A DNA stretch of 64,000 bases. Origin: Ostrea edulis. Lineage: Eukaryota. Position 1 is the stretch's first letter. Each line of letters opens with the position of its first letter. Position numbers and translations under genes: made by a program. Under the pieces are notes generated by a model that was not told the DNA's origin, did not search any database, and worked only from the letters and a program-made list of their open reading frames with translations. This document shows positions 12,801 to 26,123 of the stretch, one piece after another. Location: NCBI RefSeq assembly GCF_947568905.1, contig NC_079164.1, positions 21,142,001-21,206,000 of the forward strand. The letters are read 5' to 3'.

Positions 12801-15800
12801 GTTTTTGGGGATAGTCCATCATTACACTTAGTCGATGAAGTGTCAATACCGGGTATGGCCTCCCCTTGCATCAATCACGGCTTGACAACGTCGAGCCATG
12901 CTGTCAATAAGCACCCGGATGTTTCCAATGGGAAGGTTGTTCCACTCTTCCACGAGGGCGTTTCCGAGCTCTGCGAAAGTCGTGGGTTGTGCTCTACGGC
13001 GTGAAAGGGCAACCTGCAGCATGTTCCATACATGCTAAATCGGGTTCAAGTCCGGCGAGCGCGCTGGCCAGTCCATACGGACAATTGTCTCCTGCTGAAG
13101 GTACTGCTCCACCACCCTAGCGCGATGAGGACGGGCGTTATCATCCATCAGGATGAACTCAGGGCCAACAGCACCAGCGTAGGGTCTGACGTAAATATCG
13201 AGGATCTCATCCCGGTACCGCACCCCCGTCATTGTTCCTCTCTCCGGGACATGAAGATCTGTTCTTCCATCCCTGCTGATTCCACCCCAGACCATGGTGG
13301 AACCACCACCATAACGGTCATGTTGATGTTGGCATCATGGAAACGTTCACGTTCACGTTGTCGTCGCCACACTCGGTGCCTCCTGTCTGTAAAGTCCAAA
13401 CAATACCTGGACTCCTCGGTGAACAGAACTTGAACCCAATCGTTCTGTGTCCAAGTGACATGATCTTCAGCCCAGTCCAATCGCTCCCGCCGGTGTCGAA
13501 CAGTCAGAGGGACTCGAACACATGTCCTTCTCGAGTTGAGACCTGCATTGTGAAGCCGATTCCGTATCGTCTGAGTGGACACATTCACCCCGTGGCGTTC
13601 AGGAGGTCGTTACGTAGGCTGGTTGCTGTCCAGAAGGGATGGCGTCGTGCCTGAAGAGCCACAAAATGGTCTTGGCGTTGGGTTGTCGACCTCTGACGAC
13701 CACCCCGATGTCGGTGTGCTGCTGTACCAAAAGTTTGCTGTCGGTTCCAGGCCCTGTTTACAACGCTCTGGCTGACGTTTAGTGCATTTGCAACGTCACG
13801 TTGTGAATATCCAGCGTCAAGCATTCCAATACATCTGCCCTGTTGTTCTGTCGTCAGGCGACGCCTTACACGTTGAGGGGGCATTGTGTTGATAAATGTA
13901 GTGTAAACACTCAAGTGAGTTTGAAATTTTAGAAAGAATCAGACACCAATGCCTGAGTGAAAATCGTGCAATGGTAACAAATGCATAAACTGTGATGAGA
14001 AACGCATTTCCCATGGCATGAAATGCACGTGCAAGTTTGTTGAAGACGTTTTTGATCTCACTTGGACACAATATTGCCAGTTATGCAGTTATTAATTTTT
14101 TAAACAGAAAAATATCTATGATCCTATCAAATTTTGAGTAGTATATACCAAGTGCAAATATCTCAAACAATATTCCACAACAGTAACATACAACACAACA
14201 CCAGTAACATACAACACAACATCAGTAACATACAACACAACACCAGTAACATACAACACAACATCAGTAACATACAACACAACACAACACCAGTAACATA
14301 CAACACAACACCAGTAACATACAACACAACATCAGTAACATACAACACCACACAACACCAGTAACATACAACACAACACCAGTAACATACAACACAACAT
14401 CAGTAACATACAACACAACACAACACCAGTAACATACAACACAACACCAGTAACATACAACACAACACCAGTAACACACAACACAACACCAGTAACATAC
14501 AACACAACATCAGTAACATACAACACAACACCAGTAACAGACAACACAACACCAGTAACATACAACACAACACAACACCAGTAACATACAACACAACACC
14601 AGTAACACACAACACAACACCAGTAACACACAACACAACACCAGTAACATACAACACAACACAACACCAGTAACATACAACACAACACCAATAACATACA
14701 ACACAACATCAGTAACACACAACACAACATCAGTAACACACAACACAACACCAGTAACACACAACACAACACCAGTAACATACAACACAACACAACACCA
14801 GTAACATACAACACAACACCAATAACATACAACACAACACCAGTAACACACAACACAACACCAGTAACACACAACACCAGTAACACACAACACAACATCA
14901 GTAACATACAACACAACAGTAGTAACACACAACACAACATCAGTAACACACAACACAACACCAGTAACACACAACACAACACCAGTAACATACAACACAA
15001 CACAACAGTAGTAACATACAACACAACACCAGTAACATACAACACAACAGTAGTAACACACAACACAACATCAGTAACACACAACACAACACCAGTAACA
15101 CACAACACAACACCAGTAACATACAACACAACACAACACCAGTAACATACAACACAACACCAATAACATACAACACAACACCAGTAACACACAACACAAC
15201 ATCAGTAACACACAACACCAGTAACATACAACACAACACAACACCAGTAACATACAACACAACACCAGTAACATACAACACAACACCAATAACATACAAC
15301 ACAACATCAGTAACATACAACACAACACCAGTAACATACAACACAACAGTAGTAACATACAACACTACACCAGTAACATACAACACAACATCAGTAACAC
15401 ACAACACAACACCAGTAACACACAACACAACACCAGTAACACACAACACAACACCAGTAACATACAACACAACATCAGTAACACACAACACAACACCAGT
15501 AACGTACAACACAACACCAGTAACATACAACACAACATCAGTAACATACAACACAACACAACACCAGTAACATACAACACAACATCAGTAACACACAACA
15601 CAACACCAGTAACATACAACACAACACCAGTAACATACAACACAACACCAGTAACATACAACACAACACCAGTAACATACAACACAACACCAGTAACATA
15701 CAACACCAGTAACATACAACACAACACCAGTAACACACAACACAACACCAGTAACATACAACACCAGTAACACACAACACAACACCAGTAACATACTACA

Positions 15801-18800
15801 CAACACCAGTAACATACAACACAACACCAGTAACATACAACACCAGTAACACACAACACAACACCAGTAACACACAACACAACACCAGTAACATACAACA
15901 CAACACCAGTAACATACTACACAACACCAGTAACATACAACACAACACCAGTAACATACAACACCAGTAACACACAACACAACACCAGTAACATACAACA
16001 CAACAGTAGTAACATACAACACAACACCAGTAACATACAACACAACACAACACCAGTAACATACAACACAACATCAGTAACACACAACACAACACCAGTA
16101 ACATACAACACCACACAACACCAGTAACATACAACACAACACCAGTAACATACAACACAACAGTAGTAACATACAACACTACACAACACCAGTAACATAC
16201 AACACAACACCAGTAACATACAACACAACACCAGTAACACACAACACCAGTAACATACAACACAACACCAGTAACATACAACACAACAGTAGTGTGGTTG
16301 AGTCCGTGTTTGGTTGCTCTGACGTACATCTTCTCAAACATTTAGAAATGAGTTATCCCTGAGAATGAAATACTTTATGTATTTTTGTTTGTATTTTAAT
16401 AGATCCTTAATTACCAAATACTGATAAACATTTACGTAAGCGGCTGTGTGACATCAGTATTTCTCCTGATAGTGGCTATAGTAGTGTTTAAACTATTTAG
16501 GTAAGAGAAACTGCTTATAAGTAATTTGATTTTACATATTTCCCGAAATGATTATGATTATGAATGTTGATGTAGCTATACAATATTACAGGCAACTTAG
16601 ATGTCCACGTGTAACTATTCATCTCAACCTGTTTATTTCCTACATTCTGAGTAATATTAGTTGGACCATCATGTTCATCAATTCTGGTGAGCCGGTAAGA
16701 TCCCAATGTCTTCTTTGTTTAATTTTGGTGTTCATTGTAAGATCGATCTAAGATAAATAGATTAAGCGATCCCTGTCTAAGTAAGGAGAGAAACTTTTTT
16801 GATATGAATATCATTTCTTACAACGTATCACCATTCAATCAGTAACTACGGTAATAAAATTACAGAAAAACCTTGTTTTATTTAAAGGATACAGAAAACG
16901 CTGATATCAAAATTAATTGAATGAATACATGTTAAGGTAAAAAAAAAAGGAATATAAAAACTTGATGCACATGACTATCTTTACAGCTGTGGTGTTACGT
17001 GCTGAACATTTTGGCCACGTTTACCTTGTTCAGTAATTATAGCTGGATGTGGGGGGAGGGCTGTTTCCTCTTTTTGTCTCTTGTGAACGTGTATTCCGAC
17101 AAAGAAAAGCTCCTCAAGATGTGCTGCTGTTTCGGTTGGAGTAAGTCCTACTGGGTTTTTTTTAATGTTATACGACTGTAAACGTTGAGTTCTTCAAATA
17201 TAGTGAAGTACTGTCACTTCACCAGGACCACCACATCCAAAAACAACCTATGGAGTCTATACATGTGTGGAAAATTATCCAGAGGTAAAACAACATGCAA
17301 AAAAAAATACTATCAACAGCAAAATACCAAAAACAACAACAACAACAACAACACCGCCACCATAACCACCAACATCATTACCACATACAAAACCACACTA
17401 TCACCACCACCAAACCACCATCAATAGCAACAACATTACCACATACAAAACCACACTATGACCACCACCAAAACACCATCAATAGCAACAACATTACCAC
17501 ATACAAAACCACACTATGACCACCACCAAACACCATCAATAGCAACAACATTACCACATACAAAACCACACTATCACCACCACCAAAACATCATCAATAG
17601 CAACAACATTACCACATACAAAACCACACTATCACCACCACCAAAACACCATCAATAGCAACAACATTACCACATACAAAATCACATTATGACCACCACC
17701 AAAACACCATCAATAGCAACAACATAACCACATACAAAACCACACTATCACCACCACCAAAACACCATCAATAGCAACAACATTACCACATACAAAATCA
17801 CATTATGACCACCACCAAAACACAATCAATAGCAACAACATTACCACATACAAACCACACTATGACCACCACCAAACACCATCAATAGCAACAACATTAC
17901 CACATACAAAACCACACTATCACCACCACCAAAACACCATCAATAGCAACAACATTGCCATCAATTGCCTCCAACATTCTTACTATAACGACCAACAATA
18001 ACACCCTCACTATCAACAGCAACAACACCAGCAACAATAAAAATATCGACAACATTATCAACATCATCACCTCATCTTTCACCAACACCATCTACAACAT
18101 TGCCACAATTACTACATCATTTTCATCAATATTACTATTAACAGGAAAACCACCATTACTACCAGCATCATTACCACTGACACCAAAAACAACACATTCA
18201 CCATTACTACCAACATCATCACCACCACCAACACTAAAAACAACACAGTCACCATTACTGCCAACATCATCACCACCAACACTAAAACAACACAGCCACC
18301 ATTACTGCCAACATCATCACCACCAACACTAAAACAACACAGCTACCATTACTACCAACATCATCACCACCAATAACACTAAAAACAACACAGCCACCAT
18401 TACTACCAACATCATCACCACCACCAACACTAAAACAACACAGACACCATTACTGCCAACATCATCACCACCAATAACACTAAAACAACACAGTCACCAT
18501 TACTGCCAACATCATCACCACCAATAACACTAAAACAACACAGTCACCATTACTGCCAACATCATCACCACCAATAACACTAAAACAAGACAGCCACCAT
18601 TACTACCAACATCATCACCACCAATAACACTAAAACAACACAGCCACCAATACTATCAACATCATCACCACCAACAACACTAAAACAACACAGCCATTAC
18701 TACCAACATCATCACCACCACCAACACTAAAAACAACACAGTCACCATTACTACAAACATCATCACCACCACCAACACTAAAAACAACACAGCCATTACT

Positions 18801-20295
18801 ACCAACATCATCACCACCAATAACACTAAAAACAACACAGACACCATTACTGCCAACATCATCACCACCAATAACACTAAAACAACACAGTCACCATTAC
18901 TGCCAACATCATCACCACCAATAACACTAAAACAAGACAGCCACCATTACTACCAACATCATCACCACCAATAACACTAAAACAACACAGCCACCAATAC
19001 TACCAACATCATCACCACCACCAACACTAAAACAACACAGCCATTACTACCAACATCATCACCACCACCAACACTAAAAACAACACAGCCATTACTACCA
19101 ACATCATCACCACCACCAACACTAAAAACGACACAGCCACCATTACTACCAACATCATCACCACCACCAACACTAAAACCAACACAGTCACCATTACTAC
19201 AAACATCATCACCACCACCAACACTAAAAACAACACAGCCATTACTACCAACATCATCACCACCAATAACACTAAAAACAACACAGTCACCATTACTGCC
19301 AACATCATCACCACCAATAACACTAAAAACAACACAGCCACCATTACTACCAACATCATCACCACCACCAACACTAAAACAACACAGTCACCATTAATAC
19401 CAACATCATCACCACCACCAACACTAAAAACAACACAACCATTACTACCAACATCATCACCACCACCAACACTAAAAACAACACAGTCACCATTACTACC
19501 AACATCATCACCACCAATAACACTAAAACAACACACCCACCATTACTACAAACATCATCACCACCACCAACACTAAAACAACACAGCCACCATTACTACC
19601 AACATCATCACCACCAATAACACTAAAACAACACAGCCACCATTACTACAAACATCATCACCACCACCAACACTAAAACAACACAGCCACCATTACTACA
19701 AACATCATCACCACCACCAACACTAAAACAACACAGCCACCATTACTACAAACATCATCACCACCACCAACACTAAAACAACACAGCCACCATTACTACA
19801 AACATCATCACCACCACCAACACTAAAACAACACAGTCACCATTAATACCAACATCATCACCACCACCAACACTAAAAACAACACAGCCACCATTACTAC
19901 CAACATCATCACCACCACCAACACTAAAACAACACAGCTACCATTACTACAAACATCATCACCACCACCAACACTAAAAACAACACAGACACCATTACTG
20001 CCAACATCATCACCACCACCAACACTAAAACCAACACAGTCACCATTACTGCCAACATCATCACCACCAATAACACTAAAAACAACACAGCCACCATTAC
20101 TACCAACATCATCACCACCACCAACACTAAAACAACACAGCCACCATTACTACAAACATTACCATCACCAATAACAACACCTCAACCGATTACCACAATA
20201 TCATCATCACCACTACCAATAACAACCGTCAACAGCAACAACACCGCCACTATAAGCACTAACAATGTTAACACCATCAGCAATAACAACATTAC

Positions 20296-20330
<35 letters not shown>

Positions 20331-21690
20331 CCACCACCAATAAAGAGAACAACACCACAATCTTACCACTACCACCACCACCAAAAATAACACCGCAACC
20401 ATTAACACCACCACCACCAAAAACAACACTGCAGTCATTATCTCCTCCATCAAGAAAAACACTGCAACCATTACCACCACCACCAAGAAAAACACTACAA
20501 CCATTACCACCACCACCACCAAGAACAACACCATAACCATGAACACAAACACCAAAAACAACAACGCAACCATTAACACCCCACCACCACCAAAAATATC
20601 ACTGCAACCATTAACACCACCACCACCACCAAGAACAATACCGCAACCATTAACACCACCACCACCACCAAGAACAACACCGCAACCATTAACACCACCA
20701 CCACCACCAAGAACAATACCGCAACCATTAACACCACCACCACCACCAAGAACAACACCGCAACCATTAACACCCCACCACCACCAAAAACATCATTGCA
20801 ACCATCACCATCAATAGCATCATTATCACCACCACCACCACCACGAACAACATCAGAACAACATCCTTATTAACAATTGTGCATGGAAACTATCGTTAAC
20901 AAATTGAAATAATGGCAAATTTTCACTGATTTTATTGCAGTTTTTCCTGTCGTTGTGATGGTCGTCTATATTGCCGCTAGAATCACGATAGGAGAAAAAC
21001 CAGGAGAGGTGTAAGTAGAATACATTACATTCCCCCCACTACTGAATGGTTATATGTTATCCCAGATAAGTATCATAAGATACACACAAATTCATTAGTT
21101 GTATTAAAACTTTAATGCAATACTAGCTGTCATTTTGGTGTCGAATTTTTTGTTGCAAAAATGTGATTTACTATTTCAATGACAGAAAAAATAAGGTTTA
21201 TAAACTTTTGTTATTAATATTTGTGTTAGAAAACCTATCCAGTGGCTCTGAATGAAGCACAATTGCATTACTGGCTTCCCGTACAGCAATTGATTTCTAA
21301 ATAATGCTATATATTCAATTGAACCGAGATCTTTATTTTGATAAAATCTTAAACTTATTTTTAATTTTATCAATGACTATGGTTAAAGTTACATACAAAA
21401 CTATCATAATAGCACATATTTACAACAAAATAAAAAATTTGATTTAGACCTGATATTACTTTAAAAATGCAAAAATATACATACTAACACTTACGGACCC
21501 CTGACAACGGGAAGATGCAGCGAAATATCAATACGCAATACTACAAACCCTTAAATTTCAGAAATGTATAAATGATCTTGACTCTGGGGAGACGTAGAAA
21601 ACTGTCACAAATGTTTGGCGAAGGTTTAATTCACAAACCGACTGTGATGCAATAATTGACTTTGTGAAAAAGAAAGAGTAATGTTAGAGA

Positions 21691-21724
<34 letters not shown>

Positions 21725-24700
21725 GAGGAGACGAGTAAAGCGTAGAAGTCTTTACAATGTCTAAGAGAGAAACACATTATCTTGGTTACTTATAGACCCA
21801 AGTGTTTATAGAATGCTCCGTCCCATATTGTGTGAAAAAGTGGTTTTAGAGATCGTATCGATATGCATCACGTGTCCCCACTAATCTAATATCTGGTATC
21901 TGAATCGTTCACATTCTGAGGGTCACATTTATGGGGACGTTAATGTGATGACAGAATTTTTGTACCTGCGCCGCTAATCATCGCGACGTAGGGTAAGTAC
22001 TTCTTCGATAACAACATCGTCATTATATAAGCATGGCATAGATGCTACATAAATTACCAATACTATGACACAATCTTCAAACAAAGAGCCCATTGTATGG
22101 CTGTAAAAGCTACGTAAAGTGAGTTGCTACATTTACTTGTAGATGCTGGCAGACACAGGACTGGACAACCTGGATCTATCTTATCCCTATAGCACTTCTA
22201 TTATTGGTAGGTAATATTCATAGACAATCTGGATATGGTTTGTCCTTATTGCACTTCTATTATCGGTAAGTCATGTTGAACTGCTAGCAGAGTGCAAAAC
22301 GTAATTTACGGACAAATAACTGAAATTTATGTGTAGTAGATTTAAATGGGAATTATCACTCATGGTAAATGTACATAACTCACGGTTTTTTCATTAATCA
22401 TTAATATAATACAGAGCATCAACTTTGATGGTAAACAATTGGGAATTGATGTCATTAAGTTCCCGGGGCGAAGTTGTGAGGTTTTGTTAATTACTCGTAC
22501 AACTCGGTGTAAGCCATGTCAGTTCCCTCAACCTCAAGTCCATAAACTGATAAGAGCCTCAAGTCAAAATTTTGATCTTAAAAATTATCTAGTATTCGAG
22601 ATGTTTAAAGAAACCGCTAGTTTGTGGGGGGAAAATTAAATGCAAACGTATACTGAATTTTTTTTCATGAAAATTATTTCAAAAGTTATTTTAATTCGAA
22701 ATTTAGACTTAAAAATATAAGGAATCAAAATTTAGACTTAATTAAGTCTATTATCAGTTTACGGTCTTGGAGCGTAGTTTTAAAGGTTTTGCGTAAAGGG
22801 TTTTTATATATACAAAACGCATCACTACTTGTTACTGTTCTGACGATTATTGTAGTATTGTGAAATATATTTCTCTTTAATATACATGTCTATATTAATT
22901 CAATATTGTTAACTCTCTTGTTCTTGACTTTATGACAACATGTATTGATTCAGTAAAATGAATTTATCTGAAATAGTTCCTAATTATAACTCTCAACGAC
23001 CAGTCACTGCAAATATATACAGATTTATATTTACACTAGAATATGGGGCAGTCGTGTGCACTTATACGATGAAATGACGATGACCCAATCACATCTCGCA
23101 CTGACGTCACAATTTTTTTCATTTACAGATCAACATTGTGTTTTTAATCCATATCATTCGGATTCTTGCATCCAAACTGAGATCAACCAGAAATGAACAC
23201 TTCAGTCACTACCGGTTAGTTATGTATGAGAGAGTGGAAAGAGAACGATTTACTGATTACTCATGCCAAGTAAACTTCATTTTCGCGCGGCACACTATTC
23301 ACAGGTTACACTATTTCGCGGACTTCGTAATGTAAGCATCTCAGGATGCATCGTACTGTCAGGGCATCAATGAGTAGAGAGACGAAATTCGCGAAATCAT
23401 GCAACTAGCTGTGGGTATCCGATGAAATGCACAAATATACTACTGTAAACTGTTCGCGAGGATTTTCCTGTTAGGAGAAGTTATCCGCAAACTTACCCCC
23501 CCCCCCCCCCCCCCCCCCCCCCGCGCGGAAATAAAGTTCACCACACTGGTGTTTTCTGAATCTCTGAGATTGATGACGTCACAATACGATAAACGCATTT
23601 GTGGAGATCGATCGACTGGGGCCACGTGTACTTTGATATAAACATGTTTCATGAATAACAAGAATCAGCGTGACATTGAAATCGTCATGCATTTATTACC
23701 AAAATGATGTACTTTAAACAATGAAAATTTTATGTACAGCTGCAATACAAAATTTGCTACTGACATCCGCGAAGCAACGGAAAACAGTAAAAGGCATAGC
23801 AATATGTATACTGAGTATGTCAAGCTAATTGAACCGTTTCAATATTATTCAATGATATAATTGATATCGTGTTTTATGGTATCCAACACAAAATATTAGA
23901 ACTTTTCACATTGTGGACGAATGACACATTGGTAAATCAATTGTACATTTTATACTGATAGTTCATATCATTTTACTTGATACAAAATGTTAGAGAGGGT
24001 TTGGTGCAATTTATGGCAGCCGCAATTTATACGTGACCCAAAGTTACAATATTATGACATATTACATTCGAGGTTTTTTTTTTCTCACGACTTGACGGAT
24101 ATCTACACTCTCTAGTTGAAAACGTTCACAAAAGTACCCTCCTCTGTCATACATTTTTGGAGGAAATCGTACTACATTATTATGTAACTACAATGTATCG
24201 TGAATTGCAACTCTCTTCTTTGATTTTTTTTTTTTTTTCGAGAGCCGCTATTTTGTCATTGCTGCACTGTCAACATTTAGCTTAGAATTATTTTATGCAT
24301 CTTTTCATAAACAGCATTGTCTTACACTTTGTTTCATATGCCAAAAACACGTATTTCCTACAGGATTCAATCTAAAAAATCAATAAGGCATTATTTTCAA
24401 AGTATTTGTTTATTTTTCAACAATCTCTCCAAAATTACCTTCTATGTTAATGCCTTTTAATTTAAAATCAATATAGTATTTAATATCTAATTTCCTTTGA
24501 TAAAAATCCCCCTTTTTTGACTAATTATGTGTCGAATACCATAAATTAGAATTCACACGTTGTTTTTACTCAGAGACACCCGTACACACAATGTGTTCGT
24601 TACTATATTTTCGTCAACAGGAAGACAGCTCGGGCCGTACTTTTGCTGGTCCCGTTGCTCGGGATTCATTTCGTCCTCATGGTGTACAGTTTTCCATACT

Positions 24701-25228
24701 TCGGATACAGAATCATAGTTGCCATTTTGACATCATACCAGGTACTCTACTTATCGTGTGCGAATTAATTTTCTGACATGTTAAATGAGGGGAAATGTTC
24801 TATTTTACAAGTATTTACAAAAAATCTAACGGATAATACGAAATATCACAGCTACATTGTACTTTAAAACAATCCATGTTAGTATAAAGTGAATTGTGGT
24901 AGATAAAAAGCATTCTGAAATGTAATGTATCGCTTTTTTCCCAGGGGGCTATAGTTGCCATTCTTTTCTGTTTCACCAATGGAGAGGTAACAAAATTCAT
25001 GCCTTTTCTTCCCGATCACATTATCATAAATAGATACATGGATATAAAAATGAGACACCTCAATATTTATCAATTATAGTGATCTTTTAATATGCCTAGG
25101 TCTTGAAACAGACAAAGAAGAAATTGGCCCTTTTAAAGGGAAGTCGATCCCAAGGATACATGCAGAACGGGGCCAGTCTACGCACCAGCTTTGAAGAATA
25201 CGCCATTGCCAAGATGGGGACCGATTAA
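4166..25228 (+). CDS. Class B1 (secretin-family) GPCR, calcitonin/CGRP/PDF-receptor-like, ~384 aa, 12 coding exons
   Basis: Phase-compatible GT-AG exons: 4166-4202 (MENCAFQPPPND; start uncertain), 10154-10279 (GLVYCNATFDDLQCWNYTLAGTTAFGACP), 11945-12069 (KRKCSASGRW..TDYSPC), 16403-16500 (TM1), 16592-16694 (QLRCPRVTIHLNLFISYIL, TM2), 16987-17140 (NYSWMWGEG..FGW, TM3/4), 20941-21010, 22143-22206 (CW..TM5), 23129-23214 (RILASKLR), 24621-24741 (KTARAVLLLVPLLGIHF, TM6/7), 24945-24986 (42 nt GAIVAILFCFTNGE exon), 25100-25228 (stop TAA). Six ECD cysteines present; total 1155 nt is in frame. Confidence 0.92.
4300..4385 (+). mobile_element. SINE 3' fragment with (CAAT)n tail
   Basis: GTCTCCATATGAGTGAGAAATTCTCGAGAGGGACGTTAAACAAT..AATCAATC is the same 3' module found at 4873-4930 and 5175-5215 on the minus strand. 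Confidence 0.6.
4873..5133 (-). mobile_element. SINE-like interspersed repeat (family also at 27223-27378 and 54425-54462)
   Basis: Clear similarity to the reverse complement of 27223-27378 (GGGGATCC..GGTCCTCAGTACCCCTTGCTT..GAGACCGCAAAAACCGAGGTCC); shares the SINE 3' module. Confidence 0.75.
5161..5470 (-). mobile_element. tRNA-derived SINE
   Basis: Minus strand starts CGGTAGCTCAGTGGTAGAGCGTTCGCTT..GAGTTCAAGTCCCGCTC (pol III A and B boxes) and ends in an (AAAC)n tail; related copies at ~9180-9470 and 40418-40735. Confidence 0.8.
5913..5985. repeat. Small palindromic element
   Basis: CTCTCCATTCCTTAAAGCAAT ... ATTACTTTTAAGGAATGGAGAG inverted arms around a GC-rich core. Confidence 0.7.
6047..6511. 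mobile_element. GC-rich MITE with GGCGGAT(T/C) termini
   Basis: Begins CAGTGGCGGATTTAAGGG and ends CCTGGATCCGCCCCCG; internal poly-C/G tracts; relatives at 8091-8253 and 25775-25961. Confidence 0.65.
8091..8253. mobile_element. Short GGATCC-type MITE
   Basis: GGGTGGATCCAGA ... CCAGATCCGCCT termini. Confidence 0.55.
9180..9470 (-). mobile_element. Degenerate SINE (same family as 5161-5470)
   Basis: Shares TTTTCAAGGTCATATCCGAAG and CGGGCGTTTGGCGATGGA blocks with the 5161-5470 copy. Confidence 0.6.
9756..9801. repeat. (GA)n microsatellite
   Basis: Direct reading; explains the RERERE run in ORF 9633-9830. Confidence 0.95.
10915..11944. repeat. Minisatellite, 16 bp unit GATGATGATTTTAGGT (~60 units with variants), ending in the GPCR exon 3 acceptor
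   Basis: Direct reading; the last unit GATGATGGTTTTAG|GT is the acceptor at 11944/11945. Confidence 0.95.
12576..14143 (-). mobile_element. Tc1/mariner DNA transposon (DD34E), ~1.57 kb, inactive
   Basis: TIRs TACTACTCAAAATTTGATAAGGATCA (12576) / TGATCCTATCAAATTTTGAGTAGTA (ends 14143), flanked by TA on both sides; contains transposase remnants. Confidence 0.95.
12843..13884 (-). pseudogene. Tc1 transposase pseudogene
   Basis: Three overlapping minus ORFs (MPPQRVRRRLT.., VSTQTIRNRLH..VLFTEESRY, MVWGGIS..MDDNARPHR..WPARSPDLNPI*HVWN..GGHTRY*). Two frameshifts; first catalytic D reads E; the catalytic E codon is TAG at 13035-13037. Confidence 0.93.
14173..16290. repeat. Minisatellite, 21 bp unit CAGTAACATACAACACAACAC (~100 units, with 16/26 bp variants)
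   Basis: Direct reading; source of the many spurious V/L/C-rich minus ORFs. Confidence 0.97.
17330..17955. repeat. AC-rich tandem repeat, ~57-58 bp unit
   Basis: Repeated AAACCACACTATCACCACCACCAAAACACCATCAATAGCAACAACATTACCACATAC. Confidence 0.9.
18165..20150. repeat. AC-rich tandem repeat, ~47-51 bp unit
   Basis: Repeated ACACTAAAACAACACAGCCACCATTACTACCAACATCATCACCACCACCA with variable unit lengths. Confidence 0.92.
20290..20860. repeat. (CAT)n run followed by a ~36-39 bp ACC-rich tandem repeat
   Basis: Repeated GCAACCATTAACACCACCACCACCACCAAGAACAACACC. Confidence 0.85.
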
Positions 25229-25774
25229 AATCCAGATCTTCAGCCCCCTGTTCAGCATATGTCACAGTCCTTCCTGAATTATGATATCAGTTTCATTCTG
25301 CAATACACATGACAAACCTTTCTACTTTCAGAGATTGATACTGATAAATACATTGCTGATAATTTTAACAGCATAAAAACTGTATAGTGTGTATATGTAT
25401 ACATTGATTTTGCTCGTGAAGGCGATATCCAATCTCCTGTGATTAAAATTCGAATTGTATAGTACTACTTCATATAGTCCTACTTCATATCTATTAGGGA
25501 ACTAAAAACTTTGTTTTAATTAGATTAGGTCATTCCATTTAAGAATTTCAATAAGAGTCCAGTCTTAAGGGACATTCACACTAAATGTTCTTTTAAAATG
25601 GTGAGTTGTACATGTCCACGTTTTAAGCTTAATTTTAATGATAAAACCTGTAAAGAATCTTGAGGAGACAAAAATAGATATATCCATGTAGATCTTCTTA
25701 CTAGTATGCACTCTAAAGCTTTTGGATATTACTATTAGCATAAACAGAAAAGATGTAACACTTTATATAGTTTT

Positions 25775-25961
25775 CAGGCGCGGATCCAGAAATTTTTTCC
25801 AGGGGGGGGGGGGGGGGCGGGTCGAACCTATACCCAAAATCGAACCCGTGATATAACTCATTTTTCTTATGAATCGTTATATTGTAATTTTTTTTATCTT
25901 TGCAAATTCCAGGGGGAGGGGGGGGGGGGGTCCGGACCCCCCCCCTCTAGATCCGCGCATG
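25775..25961. mobile_element. GGATCC-type MITE between the GPCR and PB1-B 3' ends
   Basis: CAGGCGCGGATCCAGA ... CTAGATCCGCGCATG termini with poly-G tracts. Confidence 0.65.
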
Positions 25962-26123
25962 GTTTTCTAGTAGATGTACATAAAATGTAATAATAACATA
26001 AGGCGATCAAAATATATGCTGGTGGTGACAATAAATTGTTTATGCTGGTCTTTAAAATTTTTCCTTCAAATGTTTGAAAAACTGGATCAAAATTCCTGAT
26101 CACAAAGTTTAGATGAACAGTAT

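Noticed and set aside
13032-13775. Plus-strand ORFs of 66-133 aa
   Set aside because: Antisense shadows of the GC-rich Tc1 transposase.
14134-16341. Many long V/L/C/Y-rich ORFs on the minus strand
   Set aside because: Translations of the 21 bp satellite; the repeat lacks stops on that strand by composition and lies in a GPCR intron.
17295-20817. Mucin-like T/P/H-rich plus ORFs and hydrophobic minus ORFs
   Set aside because: Unit lengths vary out of frame, no splice signals fit, and the region is intron 6 of the GPCR.
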